Source of the DNA: Balanoglossus misakiensis
Lineage: Eukaryota; Animalia; Hemichordata
Reading direction: 5' to 3'
DNA: 64,000 nt
Assembly (NCBI GenBank): GCA_040954595.2
Contig: CM082585.2
Span: 3,936,902-4,000,901, forward strand
A program made the position numbers and the translations under genes. The notes under the pieces are model-generated. The model ran no database searches, was not told where the DNA came from, and saw only the letters and a program-made list of their open reading frames with translations. Shown piece by piece: positions 62,671 to 64,000 of the stretch. The first letter of the stretch is position 1. Each line of letters begins with the position of its first letter.

Positions 62671-64000
62671 CAGATCCCTGCGAATTTTCCAGAATGGACT
62701 AAGCAGCCTCCGCAGCTATCGCGTAGTGTCACCATTGCAGTTGAAATTGTATTGGCGGTGAAACTCTCTGCCCTCATCCATAGCCGCCCGGCAAAGCCGC
62801 CATTTTTATTTTGGAGAGATAAGTGAAGCCTTCTAGGATATGTTTCCACGTAGCACACCCCAAGCGCAATCACAGCGCCACGGGAACTTCCTATAAATAT
62901 TACCAAGGCTTGGAGGACTCTTTTTCTTGAAAATATCTCTCTGAGGAAAATTCATTGAGCTTGAATTTGCCATAGTAAGGTCACTCGTACAACGCAAATA
63001 GGAAAAGGTCCAAGTTAAGTGCAGTGGACAACAACATGAGTGACTGAATAAGGTACTGGCAATGTCAGAAAGGGACTTTCTTATTGATACTTAGTAATCC
63101 TGTGATGTATAGCGTATATGCATGCATCAGAATGCTTGAAAATGCAGGACATTAATTCTCTATAGACTCTCAAGATATCATCCACAAGTACATGTATGCC
63201 AACATTAACATGCGAGAAAGGGATCCGTTTGCAAGAAGTAGATTTGTAGGTATTTACTTGATGTGTGGCAGGGAAGCTTCAATAGGGCATTTTCATGATC
63301 CCTACCTTACATCCATGAACTTCCATTGGAATGGGGGTAGTAAACATTCAACAGTTTGGGACGAAAACGTTTATTGGTTGAGAGAGAGTCCGTTTTATAA
63401 TTCAGTACACATTTTCTTTGTACATGTACTACAAATGCAATGAAAGAAATTTTGTAGAGGCTTTAGTCAACCTAATGGATTCTTAATAACAGAAGTACGA
63501 GGAAGTAAGGCCATGTAGGGATCACGAAAACGGCCTATTGGCAGATTTTGCTAAGACAAACCCGGACAACCGTCACACATGCACTGACTACAATGGTATA
63601 CGCATTCGTGTCTCGGGACACGTATAAGTATTTTGTACGATCGAACATAGATCAAACCAAATTAAATCCAACATAGATCAAAAGAGGACCAGTAGAGGAC
63701 ACAATGCCACCGACCTCTACCAAAACTTCCAGGTAGAAGTTTTGGCGGGAGGAATATCAGTAACATTTCACAATTTTAATCAAACCCATCAACATTCTAA
63801 AGTTCATAGATAGAATATATTGTGTTTACATGGCCAGATGCAAGTCAAACAGTCACAAAACGATTCAGCACAGCACAGGCAATTAACAAAACACAGAACA
63901 AAGTCAGTGAAAGAATATTACACTTGTGATGTCGGGTGTTTCGGTAATAGTAAGCACATCTTGCCCCACATGTTACACCCGCATTATATCAAGTTCAACT

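Noticed and set aside
61983-62906. ORFs 61983, 62352 and 62541 (including a GSSRG hydrolase-like motif)
   Set aside because: They run through the AcademH-like TIRs; a lone GxSxG is insufficient evidence.

Overview
AT-rich, intron-containing animal genomic DNA, most likely from a marine invertebrate; the taxon cannot be fixed from the sequence. The first ~40 kb is a cluster of AIG1/GIMAP immune-associated GTPase genes with seven G-domains. Two minus-strand copies lie in a ~13-kb-period duplication (1-192 partial; 12502-13242). A spliced two-domain gene (22664-24868) carries DTPP instead of DTPG at G3 in both domains. Three plus-strand paralogs (28299, 34545, 39498) share a near-identical G-domain but have different C-terminal membrane-anchor candidates: amphipathic helix, hydrophobic tail and CaaX. 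The right part holds an unrecognised 88-aa two-exon gene (Gly/Ala helix plus CxxC..CxxC), head-to-head with a complete 10-exon alkaline ceramidase (ACER3-like) gene, and an EPN-type C-type lectin gene with one in-frame stop. Many mobile elements have boundaries defined by TSDs and empty sites: an RTEX-like LINE, an L1/Tx1 relic, two Academ-like elements (one whose TIR has expanded into a 189-bp satellite), three AcademH-like 9-bp-TSD elements, a P/Galileo-like foldback, Harbinger- and pogo-like MITEs, and hairpin elements sharing a conserved internal mismatch. Most long ORFs in the supplied track outside these genes are microsatellite or tandem-repeat artefacts. Family assignments are from motif recognition, not database searches.
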